NCBI GenBank assembly: GCA_965649765.1
Contig: OZ287750.1
Coordinates: forward strand, 46,314,001 to 46,378,000
Length of the DNA stretch: 64,000 nt
DNA from: Bispira polyomma
Lineage: Eukaryota
Direction of reading: 5' to 3'
The position numbers and the translations under genes are program-made. The notes beneath the pieces were generated by a model. The model searched no databases and had not been told where the DNA came from. It was given only the letters and a program-made list of their open reading frames with translations. Below, one piece after another: positions 11,301-24,423 of this stretch; position 1 is the first letter of the stretch, and each line of letters opens with the position of its first letter.

Positions 11301-13214
11301 CACGCAAGGTATAGTTTATAGATAGATGATCACCCAAAATGGATGGATACAGTTTTTGCAAAATCTTATATCATGTAAAGATGTTAATATATTTAGTTCA
11401 TATTCAAGGACAAAGCTGAGAGTGTTTTTGAAACATCATCAAAATATAAGATGGTTAGATTTTGTAAATCTCTGAAGTTGTGACTCTAACTATAGCTGGA
11501 TCATTACTATACTATACTGTAAAATACTATACTCAATCATACAATATATTTTTACAATCTGTACATACGTCTTAACTGGCTAAACCACTAACCTTACTTT
11601 TGTTTAGGTTATGTTTGTAAAATAAATTAGACGGGTGCAGAATTAAGTGCATTTCTCCGCCAAAGTGCCGCAAAATTGGAAAAAAATATAATGAATGGCC
11701 TCCTTTCTAATGCGTCAATCCGCTACAAAATTTCAGTTAAATCAGTTTTTGTTAACAAAAAAGCAACGGATACGGGCTAAAATATTTGACACATACAAAA
11801 AGCTGTCCAATGTCATTATGGAGAGTGATATTAGTAAAGTATTTTTTCTATGACTTGTTTCACAGATTTGGTTGTTTTGTCCAAACCTTTTCAGCTGAGC
11901 AAATTTACAATTTCTTCTTTTTTTTCTTTTTTTTTTTTTTGTACGGTATAAAAATTGTAAACTATAAATGGACCAGAAAGTACTATTTTGGAAATATTAG
12001 AAGTTTTGATACAATAAGCTGTTTTTTCCCCAGCTAAATTGCTTTGTAACTGTTTACCTATTTCCTTAGGCTGATGTGATCGCAACAGTCATGTTTGTGT
12101 ATGTAATCAGCTATCATAAACAACTCAAAATTGTCAGAGGCAATATGGTGACTGTAATAATCACTAGAAATCTGAAAACAAAGTTTTTTACTGAACACAA
12201 ACACATGTGCACTTTGAAAACCACAAGAAACAACAATAAAACAGGCCAGTTAAGCACACACACACACATCATCCAGAATATAGTACATAAGCCTTTAAGC
12301 CTGCATACAAGTTCCAGTTTCAATGAACAAAACATTGGGTTTGTTCGGTTTGGATTTATTTTCAGTTTGACGTTGCTTCTGCAAACTGTGTATTAGGGTC
12401 AAATTAGTGGAGGAATCAGTACTGGTGGTACTGGATCAAGGGTTTCTGCATTGGTAAACCACCAACTTTCAGCAAGTCTACTGCTAAATTTCCACCCCAC
12501 ATGTATGTCAGGGGCAGGGGAGGTAATAGTGTTACCACATACTTTACTATCTTGACCCCCAGGTTTTTAGTAGCTTCTGTGATCAATAGAAATTCAGATC
12601 ACACCGACAAAATGTGAAACTGTTTCTGAAAGGTAGCTCGTAGTTTGAGTTGCATGAGGAAAACATTCTGCTCCATACATCATCATCATCATCATTTTAT
12701 GGACAAATTATTATAGCAGAGTTTGATTATGTGTTAATTGAATATATATATTCAGCGTAGTTAGAATGTGACACCAAACGGTGCTGTGGCATAACACATT
12801 TATCTGTGCTGAGTAAGCAACCTCTGAGCTAGGAGCACCTAGGGAACAATGCAGTGATTTTGAATCTGATTGGTTGAAGGTCACAAAACCCCATGAACAA
12901 ATAACCTTCTAATAATTAAAGTTTTAAGTAGAATGTCTAACTTTAAATCTTACACTACTTGCACATATTTTCCACAAAATACAAAGTACACATGTTAAAT
13001 TTCCTTACTTTAAAATTCCAACTGTCCTGAGAAAACAAATGGTGAAAACAAATAGATGGGGGTTATAATTTTGACTGAGTTTAGGAAAACAAAATGGCTG
13101 CCATAGTCATAAGGAGCCTGTTTATTTGCAGCCAACTGACTTCACATTACCACCATCAGCTTGGGTAAGAGGAGGTCTTATTTCTAAAAATAAATTATTA
13201 TCTCTAATAGATGA

Positions 13215-13443
13215 TTGATTTGATTTGTTTTGCGGTTAAAAGTCACTTTTATCACCTTGTATAGGTAATATCATGACATGCAGATTCACTGCTGTATATT
13301 CAGGTGGTCAAGATTCTACACAGTAAACCAGTAACCATCGGCAAGTAACTGACAACTTTTCCCACTTAAAGCCCCGGCCGAGATTCAGACTAGAACCATA
13401 TAGGTGGGAGGCAAGTATGTTAGCACTGTGCCACCGAGGCCCC
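13215..13443 (-). mobile_element. tRNA-derived SINE (family A)
   Basis: Head GGGCCTCGGTGGCACAGTGCTAACATACTTGCCTCCCACC, central tgggaaaagttgtcagttacttgcc, tail aaaagtgacttttaaccgcaaaacaaatcaaatc. These blocks are shared with the copies at 15835, 19657, 44500 and 47630. Confidence 0.7.
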
Positions 13444-13739
13444 TGTATAATTGAAGCACATTGGTGGCGTTCCTTATTATAACTTACGCTGAGGAGGTTA
13501 TGTTGTAAACTGTAATTATTGGTAGTTGGTTGTTGTTTTTTTTTTGCTATCATGAGGAATACACAAAAACTACTGAACCAATTAACTTTGAATTACCTTA
13601 AGGTGGGGCATGAAGTCAAGAAGCAGATCCAGGCGTAAGGGCAGATCTGGTTGAAAATTAAAATGGAACTGTGTTTTTATTGACCTCCTCTACAAACCGA
13701 CTGTTCAAACTATGCTACCCAAATAAATCAAATAGTTTA

Positions 13740-14085
13740 GAAATTATTTAATTGTAGGAATAGATTCACAAACATTGCTCATTCCTGTTAAAGATTAGGT
13801 TGTAGCAAGCTAAACATGCACTTAAAATGTTACCTCCGTGTTGTAGACAATAACTCTTGTATTTGTGGTTTCCCAATCAAAGATCCTGAACATTATTTCC
13901 TACACTGTCCCTTGTAGCCAACCAGATTTATATTTATCTGATAAATGCTGTGCGTGAAATAGGAACTGTTCAGTTATCAGTACATTTACTTTTACACGGC
14001 AGTCCTGACCTAAGTCTGGAGAAAAAACAAACAGTTTTTAATGCAGTCCAAACATTTATTGAAAAATCACAAAGCTTTTTTGTTG
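13740..14085 (+). mobile_element. Decayed 3' end of a CR1-type LINE ORF2
   Basis: Translation across frameshifts and a stop gives RLGCSKLNMHL...CICGFPIKDPEHYFLHCPL...LLHGSPDLSLEKKQTVFNAVQTFIEKS, the Cys/His-containing C-terminal tail typical of invertebrate CR1-clade ORF2. Confidence 0.65.
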
Positions 14086-15834
14086 TAAATTGATACCAGC
14101 GACCTGTTCTGTGTTTTCCCTATCTTATTCGTCCATTACTCATCTGTATATATTTGCTTCTGCAAAAGGACTATGTATAATTATATTTTTCTACAATTGT
14201 TGTCCAATTGTTTATAAAATATGTTTAAATACTAGGTCTTCTTGTATTTTGGCTGTGTATTGTAGAAGTGTAAAAGCTTATCATATTCAAATGTAGATCT
14301 GACATTTAGTTTTAATAATGTTCGTGAGGAATGTGTGATAGTAAAACGTTAAAAAAAGAGTTTGACATTGAAACACAAATATCAAAACTGTTATGATTTT
14401 GAGTGACAAAAAGTCATTATGCTCCCATATAGTATGGAATTACATCTATTTTTAAGTGTGTTGTTTTCGCACGGTGACCATGATAATGCTTATTTTTACA
14501 ATTGAAAAATATTAAGATTATACATACGTTCCTCAATTTTAGGAATAATATTACTTGACTTTTTGTTAACGGAGTTTCCCTTTTTTATTCTAACGGTATG
14601 GCGATATTCTTAAAGTATGAGATGCAACGTTTTAAGTGTTTTAATTTCCAATTGTACATTGATTGTATCAGTTTAGTATTCCAATTGATTGTGTTTCTAT
14701 AACACATAAATCATAATGATCTCATTCACTTAGGTCTTCGTCTAGATCGACATAGAAAATAATATTCACCACTTAAAGAATGTTTGTAAACGATAGTACA
14801 CATGTACATGAATAATATTGATATTTTTGTATATAGGGAACAACTTATCCTTAGCATTAAAATAATATATACTTCAAAACTAATAATTTAGCACGTTGAT
14901 TATAGCTAATTGCAAGTTAAAATCTGCTTCATTGATGCTGGCTTTATAAACCTAATCTATTAGTATTAGTTTGAACCCATATAACTAGCCATTCAAAGGT
15001 AAAGTAGTCTTACATTGCGGTAAACTTTAAATAAACTAGATATATTTGAGATCTAATCTTATCTGTATTTTTTTTATGCTCAGCACCTCAGAGGATGCTT
15101 TGATATAATGTTTCACAAATCTTTCATTCGTTGTGGGGTAGGTTACGCTAAACTTGACTAATGACAAAGGAGCATAGAATATCAACATTTTACTAGTGCA
15201 AGGCAGAGAATTGTGCTTCCCAAAGGTGAAAGATTCACATTGCTTAGTAGAATCGAGTTCCATGGTTTCAGTCGTAAATGAGGACGTTATTATACTTCAG
15301 TCTGGGCTTCTGTTGGATATGCAATAGGTCGTTATGGTCGTGTCTGAAGTTTTTGTTCATTATTTTTTGGTCATAAATACGTTGAGAATTATTTATATTT
15401 ACCTGGTTAAGCAAGTGAATGTTTAGATTTCTTTGTTTACTCTAATTATAAAGACTGAAATTAACATTGACTTGTGTGTTCGGTATCATTATTCTTTTTT
15501 AATGTTAGATGACAATGTTACTGTCACATTGTCCTATATGTCAACAACTTTTTCACCGAAACTACAAATAGTATAGATTTCCTGATTTGTTTACAGGTAC
15601 CTTGGGGCCACCGCATCAATAAATATTTATGGTATTTGGATCCATACCATAACCTGGGTCCTGCAAAACTTCCCCTGTAGCAAAATGCACTTCCTTTTGA
15701 AATATTTTCATGATTCATAAAATGTGATTAACTATGAGGGCTAAGACTTAGACTGTATTATGAGTGTATAGAAAACAGCCTTAAGGAATCTAATGCACTG
15801 ATGGGATTTTAGCTTGGGTTTGTGAGGTCAAGCT

Positions 15835-16930
15835 GGCCTGGGTGGCGCATGGGTAACAGTCTTGCAGCCCACCTCAGAAGTTGCAAGTTCGTGCCTTGGA
15901 CGTGGCTTGTATGTGGGAAAGTTAGCGGTAAACTCACTGAATGACACTGGTTAAAGGGCATTGCTAACCGGCTCCGGTGCGGTACGGTCCGATGCGACAG
16001 AAATTTTAGAAACAATGTAATATATATTGTCTATACATACCTGATCCGTTGCGGTCCGATCCGATCCGTACAGTTCGTAACGAAATTTCTAAAATACAGA
16101 TTTCTCTATTTTTTGTCGGACCGGATGAGGAGGGGGGAGGGGGGGGAGTGGAAATGTAGGGGAAACACACAGATCAAGAAGTGATATAGTTTATCAACCT
16201 ATTATAATCCATTAGTATAATATCCACTTGAGAATATTCAGGCCCATGACACAAAGTTAGCAATTAGTGTAAAATCCAATCAAGAATATTCAAGCCCTAA
16301 CAAATATGTCTTAAAAACAATTAGCAGTAAAACAGTGGCCTAAATCCAATTAACCAGGGACTTTCAATTTGATTTTTGTAGTTCCCCTAAGAGCATAATG
16401 ATATAAAGTGAAATTTGAATGACAGTAATAAATTATGTTGGAATAAATACTAACAAGGATTAATAAACTGAAATTGCCAACATATTTATTAGTTATATTA
16501 GATTGTTTTATTTAAATTTTGAATGTAGACACTTAACATTATGTGGATTGTTTGGATATATTGTGAACATGACAGATGGGGGTTTTGTTGTGCATAGTTA
16601 AATGGATGTAATTAATACTCAGTACTGGGATAAATTATTTCAGGTAAGTAAATTCATAAGTTATAATTTGAATTTATTTGATAATATATGTTAAGATATC
16701 ACATAATCAGACCCAGTACCGGATCCAGTGTAAAAGCATCATACGAAATCGTCGGATCGTATCGGACGTAAATATTCAGACCGTACCGCACCGGAGCTGG
16801 TTAGCAAGACCCTTAACAGTATGGAGAAGTTAAATAAACTACAAGTCTGTACGGGTTCCCTTCACCTGTAAACTATCCCTTGTAATACACGTGTTGAAAG
16901 TGAAGTTAAACCCTAACTAAATTAAAATCA
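15835..16930 (+). mobile_element. tRNA-derived SINE (family A) split by a MITE: 15835-15954 plus 16817-16930
   Basis: Head ggcctgggtggcgcatgggtaacagtcttgcagcccacc and centre tgtatgtgggaaagttagcggtaaact lie left of the MITE. The continuation and the tail gttgaaagtgaagttaaaccctaactaaattaaaatc lie to its right. Confidence 0.7.
15955..16813. mobile_element. Non-autonomous TIR element (MITE), PIF/Harbinger-like
   Basis: TIRs of about 37 bp (agggcattgctaaccggctccggtgcggtacggtccga / tcagaccgtaccgcaccggagctggttagcaagaccct), TAA on both sides (15952-54, 16814-16), subterminal ccgatccg-type repeats, no ORF. Confidence 0.85.
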
Positions 16931-17035
16931 CCCGTTTATGTGCCTATTGTTCCAAACAAGTTAATAAGATATTTTATGAATGAATCACGACATATTCAAA
17001 TATTAGGGACATTTACAGCCAATTCTCAGGAATAC

Positions 17036-19673
17036 TAGGGCCCTTGGAGATGTAGTAGGACCCTTAGAGGTGTAGTAGGGCCCTTAGAGATGTAGTAGGC
17101 CCTTAGAGATGTAGTAGGCCCTTGGAGATGTAGTAGGACCCTTAGAGATGTAGTAGGACCCTTAGAGATGTAGTAGGTCCCTTGGAGATGTAGTATGGCC
17201 CTTGGAGATGTAGTATGGCCCTTAGAGGTGTAGTAGGGCTCTTGGAGATGTAGTATGGCCCTTGGAGATGTAGTAGGACCCTTAGAGATGTAGTAGGCCC
17301 TTGGAGATGTAGTAGGACCCTTAGAGATGTAGTAGGTCCCTTGGAGATGTAGTATGGCCCTTGGAGATGTAGTATGGCCCTTAGAGGTGTAGTAGGGCCT
17401 TTGGAGATGTAGTATGGCCCTTGGAGATGTAGTAGGACCCTTAGAGATGTAGTAGAACCCTTGGAGATGTAGTAGGGCCCTTAGAGGTGTAGTAGGGCCC
17501 TTACAGGTGTAGTATGGCCCTTGGAGATGTAGTAGGACCCTTGAAGATGTAGTAGGGCCCTTAGAGGTGTAGTAGGAACCTTGGAGATGTAGTAGGGCTC
17601 TTAGAGGTTTAGTAGGGCCCTTGGAGATGTAGTATGGCCCTTGGAGATGTAGTAAGACCCTTGGAAATGTAGTAGGGCCCTTAGAGATGTAGTAGGGCCC
17701 TTGGTAATGTAGTAGGCCCTTGGTAATGTAGTAGGACCCTTAGAGATGTAGTAGGCCCTTGGAGATGTAGTAGGACCCTTAGAGATGTAGTAGGCCCTTG
17801 GAGATGTAGTAGGCCCTTGGTAATGTAGTAGGACCCTTAGAGATGTAGTAGGCCCTTGGAGATGTAGTAGGACCCTTAGAGATGTAGTAGGCCCTTGGAG
17901 ATGTAGTAGGCCCTTGGTAATGTAGTAGGACCCTTAGAGATGTAGTAGGCCCTTGGAGATGTAGTAGGACCCTTAGAGATGTAGTAGGACCCTTAGAGAT
18001 ATAGTAGGCCCTTGGAGATGTAGTAGGACCCTTAGAGATGTAGTAGGCCCTTGGAGATATAGTAGGCCCTTGGTAATGTAGTAGGCCCTTGGAGATGTAG
18101 TAGGGCCCTTGGTAATATAGTAGGCTCTTGGTAATGTAGTAGGCCCTTGGTAATGTAGTAGGGCCCTTAGAGATGTAGTAGGACCCTTAGAGATGTACTA
18201 GGACCCTTGGAGATGTAGTAGGCCTTTGGTAATGTAGTAGGCCCTTGGTAATGTAGTAGGCCCTTGGTAATGTAGTAGGCCCTTGGAGATGTAGTAGGAC
18301 CCTTAGAGATGTAGTAGGCCCTTGGAGATGTAGTAGGACCCTTAGAGATGTAGTAGGACCCTTAGAGATATAGTAGGCCCTTGGAGATGTAGTAGGCCCT
18401 TGGTAATGTAGTAGGCCCTTGGTAATGTAGTAGGCCCTTGGAGATGTAGTAGGACCCTTAGAGATGTAGTAGGCCCTTGGAGATGTAGTAGGACCCTTAG
18501 AGATGTAGTAGGCCCTTGGAGATGTAGTAGGCCCTTGGTAATGTAGTAGGCCCTTGGAGATGTAGTAGGGCCCTTGGTAATATAGTAGGCCCTTGGTAAT
18601 GTAGTAGGCCCTTGGTAATGTAATAGGGCCCTTAGAGATGTAGTAGGCCCTTGGAGATGTAGTAGGGCCCTTAGAGATGTAGTAGGACCCTTAGAGATGT
18701 AGTAGGACCCTTAGAGATGTAGTAGGCCCTTGGAGATGTAGTAGGACCCTTAGAGTTGTAGTATGGCCCTTGGAGATGTAGTAGGGCCCTTGGAGATGTA
18801 GTAGGGCCCTTGGATATAAAGTATGGCCCTTAGAGATGTAGTAGGACCCTTGGAGATGTAGTAGGGTCCTTGGTAATGTAGTAGGCCCTTGGAGATGTAG
18901 TAGGAGCCTTAGAGATGTAGTAGGACCCTTGGAGATGTAGTGGGACCCTTAGAGATGTAGTAGGACCCTTGGAGATGTAGTAGGACACTTGGGGACGTAG
19001 TAGGGCCCTTAGAGATGTAGTAGGAGCCTTAGAGATGTAGTAGGACCCTTAGAGATGTAGTAGGGCCCTTGGAGATGTAGTAGGACCCTTGGAGATGTAG
19101 TAAGACCCTTGGAGATGTAGTAGGGCCCTTAGAGATGTAGTAGGGCCCTTGGTAATGTAGTAGGACCCTTAGAGATGTAGTAGGCCCTTGGAGATGTAGT
19201 AGGACCCTTACAGATGTAGTAGGCCCTTGGAGATGTAGTAGGGCCCTTGGTAATATAGTAGGCCCTTGGTAATGTAGTAGGCCCTTGGTAATGTAGTAGG
19301 GCCCTTAGAGATGTAGTAGGCCCTTGGAGATGTAGTAGGACCCTTAGAGATGTACTAGGACCCTTGGAGATGTAGTAGGCCCTTGGAGATGTAGTAGGAC
19401 CCTTAGAGTTGTAGTATGGCCCTTGGAGATGTAGTAGGGCCCTTGGAGATGCAGTAGGCCCTTGGTAATGTAGTAGGACCCTTAGAGATATAGTAGGACC
19501 CTTAGAGATGTAGTAGGGCCCTTGGAGATGTAGTAGGACCCTTGGAGATGTAGTAGGACCCTTGGAGATGAAGTATGGCCCTTGAAGATGTAGCATGGCC
19601 CTTGGAGATGTAGTAGAGCCCTTGGATATGTAGTATGGCCCTTGGAGATGTAGTATGGCCCTTGGAGATGTAG
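17036..19673. repeat. Minisatellite, 19-20 bp unit (consensus ~TAGG(G/A)CCCTT(G/A)GAGATGTAG), about 2.6 kb, roughly 135 units
   Basis: Directly visible head-to-tail array with no spacers. Variant units include CCTTGGTAATGTAG, GTATGG and GAGGTGTAG. Copy number is estimated from length divided by unit size. Confidence 0.97.
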
Positions 19674-19875
19674 AGGTAACACTCTGGCCTTTCACCTGCT
19701 GTCATGGGTTTGTATCGTTGCCATGGCATGTATGTGGAAAAGTTGGCAGTAAACTTGGTGAATGCTAGTGGTTTGCAGTTCAGAAATCTTCACCAACTAC
19801 CCTGTATTGCATTTTTTTTACACTAGTAAACTCCAAGACTTGATGCAAGTTGTTGAAATTAAAGTTAAAACACAA
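19657..19875 (+). mobile_element. tRNA-derived SINE (family A) whose 5' end is the last minisatellite unit
   Basis: GGCCCTTGGAGATGTAGAGGTAACACTCTGGCCTTTCACC, then catgtatgtggaaaagttggcagtaaacttgg, then tail gttgaaattaaagttaaaacac. Collinear with the other family A copies. Confidence 0.75.
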
Positions 19876-20143
19876 TGGGCATAGTAAAATAAATGTTGTT
19901 TAAGAAAACATTATTACCCGGATCGAATAATGTTTGTGATGTGTATGTGAGCATTATGGCTCAAGAAACTCTAAGCTTAATTCTGCACAAAATTAAGCCT
20001 AAAGTTTACAGTGATTGTATTAACTAAGTTTCTAAAATTTGTATACAATGGCTTCCCATGGTCCAGTGGTTAAGGAGTTGACCAGGATAACTTGTTACAG
20101 TACCATGAGTAAACCATAAGCCTGTGTCATAATAAATTCCTTA

Positions 20144-20711
20144 TAGCCCAGTCACACCTACACGTGCTGGAGCTACGTTTGTGTGAGGTTTTCAATTTTG
20201 GAAACCTAGTACAGACGGTAGTAGAAAGTAATGCAAAAGTAAAGATCCCTGGTGCGTTTGTTCCCGGACGTTACTTAACGGATGATATCGTTCCGGAAAC
20301 GTCTTTGTTTGGTCTGCTACGACGATTATTTCAAACTGTTTGAAATAATCGTGACCGAGCTCTCTGTTTCTCAAGGACATCTCCACTCGTCTGTGTAAGT
20401 AGCAGTAAGTAGTGATTCATTTCCACTCATCTGTATTCGTTGTGGAACGTTTCACTAAGCATCATAACGCACCAGAATGAAGCCATAAGTAGCAGTACAG
20501 TAGCGCTACGTAGTAGTAGGTAGTGATATCCTACCAGTAAAGTCTTCATTTTTTCTCCTGCTCCGTGTGTATAAGTACTATAAGTATACTATAAGTACAT
20601 CATCACAAAAACGTCACAATCAACTGCACCTTTGTCAAAATGACGTCACTTTGGCACGAAACAACCCCGGTTTTAGATATATTGCTTTGCTACGTTGTGG
20701 GACGATAGCAC
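20144..20711 (-). mobile_element. MITE family B copy 1 (one terminus degraded), inverted relative to the copy at 45026
   Basis: Begins tta-tagcccagtcacacctacacgtgct. The ~570 bp body is the reverse complement of 45026-45596. Confidence 0.85.
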
Positions 20712-21122
20712 TTAGCCTAAATGGGTACAGACGCAACACCAAGCTAACCCTGTACAAATACTTTAATATAATTATTTATATGTACACTAATCCAATACCT
20801 TTCTATTTCCTTTACAGATGACGTCTACCCCCCCCCCCTCCCCCCCTTTCCCATTTATACTATATATTTTGTTTCTTTTCTTTGGGTCTGGCGGAAAAAT
20901 CATCCTTGCGCGAGATGTGTATACACTTCTGCCTAGTGGCTCAGATGACCACTTAAAATGGCGGTCCTCTGTCACTGGGTCCTATCCCCGGTGGTAGGCT
21001 AAAGAACATTGGGGACTTTGATAAATGGTCACCCCCGAGCCTCTCTCTTCAGTAAGGTAACTCACAGTAAATAATACCAAGTCCACCTGCAACTGATGTG
21101 ACATCCTCCGGTGACCTCCCCC

Positions 21123-21237
21123 TAGACCGAGTTTTCTGTCGCCGAAACGGCCGTTTTTTTCTGATGGTGTGGCCGTTGGCTAGACGAGCGATACATCAGT
21201 AAATAAAAGCATCGTCGAGGACAGAAAACTCGGTCTA
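21123..21237. mobile_element. Miniature (115 bp) inverted-repeat element
   Basis: Perfect 18 bp inverted repeat tagaccgagttttctgtc / gacagaaaactcggtcta with a CpG-rich interior. Confidence 0.6.
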
Positions 21238-21680
21238 ACCTCACCCATGACACAATTAATAAATCCACTCTCATATCTCTTTTAGATTCAAGACGAAAAC
21301 CAGCCAAAACCCAACTGTGTACACAGCTCTTACACACGGCACTCAAAACCCAAATTATACAAGTTCTGGCAAAAGACATCTTAACTAGACAACGTCAGGC
21401 CAAATCAAACCACCTGCGGCGGCATTAATATCTCTAATCTCTGTCACAGTCATTCGTTTCATTGCGAGCTATTGGACTGTCAACATCGTCAATCTTCTAC
21501 TGATATAATATGTAATTGAGATTATTTTGAAGAACTTGCTTCTTTGTTTTAGTTTTATTATAAATAATAATATTTAGTATATTATATTGACATTTATTTA
21601 ATATTCTTATGCCTCCCATGTGGTTGTGTCTGCCCTCACCCAAGGAGGTGTGTGTGTGTGTGTGGGGGGGGGGGGGGGCA

Positions 21681-22183
21681 GGGTCTGTATTCCCCAACAT
21701 TCCCTGTATTCCCTAACCCAGGATTTCTAAGAATAATTCTAAGAATATTGTTATTTCCTAAATTCGTATTCTAAGAATGATCTTTAATTCTAGGAATGGC
21801 CAAGCCCTTACTTAACTTAAGAAAAAGACACGGCATTCTTATGTATTTCATGAATATTAAATTTATGAGCCATTATTTAGGTTTTCCAAATCGGGAGTTG
21901 GATATTTGTGTCACATTCCCCAAGAAGATATGGGATTTAAGTATGAGAATTCACTAAAATCTTATTCTCCATATTTGGATGTAAGCGTATTGTAAACAGT
22001 GGCCACATGATTAATATAAAACATGTGTGCCTACATTTCTGTTTGCAATTCTTAGCAAAGAAAATTCTACCAATTAATTGACTTGTAAATACGATTTCAT
22101 TCTAAGAATGATAAAAATTCTTAGATAAGAAAATTTAAAGAATAATTCTCATTCTAAGAATAAGAATGTTAGTGAATACGACC
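21681..22183. mobile_element. MITE, Harbinger-like TIRs, with subterminal ATTCTAAGAAT motifs
   Basis: TIRs gggtctgtattccccaacattc / gaatgttagtgaatacgaccc, and clusters of ttctaagaat at 21725-21800 and 22100-22165. Confidence 0.65.
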
Positions 22184-24423
22184 CCAAGAGGTGGAAGACA
22201 TTGAGGCAGAGCATTCTGAGCAATCTGAGCAATCTGCATGAGGATGCAGAGAGTTGGAAAACATACATAAAACTGTGTAATAAGTGTGTTAGATATGTAA
22301 TACAAAAGTTAAGACCGACAAACATCCGTGGGGAAAGAGGTGAACACACCACAATTGTCTACCAATAACGACCAATTGGTTATTATGTATTTGGATGATG
22401 AGTAATGGTTTATCATTTCTGATACTACTCTTTAGAAGAGACATGTTATCAATAAGGCTTGCATATAAACAACACGGGGTGTATTTCTCAGATTGGGTAC
22501 AGGAAAAAAAGATTGTAAGGTTTGTTTGGTGTACAAAACATGTTTGTTTATAACAATAGGAATATAGTGTTACTGCTGCAGCCTGCAAGCCTTACTTGGT
22601 GTTGTTTTATCAATGAATGTGTCTTTAAGTAGTTCTTAGAAAATGTATCTTATTTTGTTCATTTGATAAATATATCTAAAATGATTTAGATAAAATTAAT
22701 TTAGAAAATAAAATTTGATATCCTATTATTAGTCAAACATGCGCTGTCGTGTTAGTTGTAAAAACGAAATATTGCTTGTAGTAGATATGTCCATGTATAG
22801 CCATGAATTTATATACCATATATGGCAGTTCATGGTGGGGAACCATTTGAGACCCTAAATGACTGCTGTGGTTTATCGACGCTGTCTCGCCTTATAAGGA
22901 GATAAACACAAACTCAATGCTTTTGATTTCGGGATATATTTACATTGTACAGAATGTTACAGAAAAATACAGTTTTCATGTAATTGGCAGTGGCCTAACT
23001 TTGTGAAAATGTCATTTACATTTATCGTTTATGGATCTTCGAGGTTGTTGATCATATTATAATGAAACTTCCCAAGCAGCTGCTTTTCAAATAATCAGAT
23101 TTTAAGCTTTACGTCCACAATGCAGATCAAAAAGTCACGTTTCCCTTCCATATTGTTTCACATATCATACAATTTTAAAACCTTGATATTATAAGTTATG
23201 ATCGGGTGTTAATTATTAATATTTTATAAATATGGAATTTCAGGGAAAATTATCTTGGTGTAGAACCGACATGTAATGCTTGGTAATTAAAAATAAGATT
23301 TAAAAGAAAATAAATTTCCTCATTCCAGTGTAAAATTTCCACCGAGAGGACACAAAACACGTTCTCCAAAATAATGATTTGATTATTTAAACCTATAATC
23401 TAGGCAGCATTTCCAAAGTGTATTTAAGCTGTTTCAAACAGTTTCCTTTCACATATATCCCCAAACAAACGGAGAACTAATCAATGCATTTCTGGAGCTT
23501 AGCCAGTTTGTCTGGAGAGGCAAGGGAAAATAACTATCTGTGCAAGTACAGAAAAAAAAAATAATATATACTTAGAATACCATGCGATGTATATTTTCTT
23601 CCTCTTTGTTTAAAACGTAATAAATACTTGTACAATAACTGCATCATAACATATTATACATTTGATATATGGACAATTTAGCAAATACAGTTGTATTTGG
23701 AGTTGAAATTAACAGTTAAAAGTTGAATTTTTTACCTGAAACAGGAAAAATTTCATTAAATTACAATTTTCAAGTTTATTGGGGTTAATTGTCACTATTA
23801 GCTATTTTTTTATTTAAAATTTCAATACAAATTCAAATTTCATGTTATATTTTTCTCTATCCCATTCCATTGGCTAAAATTGGTTCTTAGTGTACTTTCC
23901 ACAAAAAGGGTCCATTCAACTCTTTTTCTCCACAAGGTAATATCTATATTTAGACACAATTAACCCTCCTCAGAGGACTAGGAAACGACAGATTGAAATA
24001 TGTGAATGGCTCTATAATGCACAGACTGAGTCATCCTAAAGATACTGACGCCTGTCATTGGAATCTTCCATATATGGACAAAGGCAAGGCCTGCTCTTAT
24101 ATAGTTCTCCCTACTCATCAAATTTGATCAATACAGCTTGTCATGTGAGAATGAGTCCTTGCTATTTCCATATAACCATCGGGAAAACCCTATGTGGTTA
24201 TATGAACTATAGGGTCTACATTTTTTCCCCCTCAAATAATATTACTAATACAGTCCCGTTGTTTATATGTTAAAAGTACTTCTAGAAATGGAATAACTTG
24301 TCTAACTATTACATTTAGCTCATGATGAAAATATACTATGTTATTTCATTGTATATTCAGCATCATCGGCTGCTACGTGTCTTTGGCGATTTGGTCAAGG
24401 ACATCCAGCTCATGATCTGGCTT

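Noticed and set aside
17036-19673. CRISPR array
   Set aside because: Units are contiguous with no unique spacers, there are no cas genes, and the context is eukaryotic.
19129-19729. Minus-strand ORFs (188, 66 and 75 aa) of repetitive peptide
   Set aside because: They are by-products of the minisatellite: the mix of 19 and 20 bp units shuffles frames, and the same peptides appear in all three frames.
20890-21060. Possible Deu/Nin-domain SINE centre
   Set aside because: The resemblance (ggcggtcctctgt...taaagaac) is too weak to support without an alignment.
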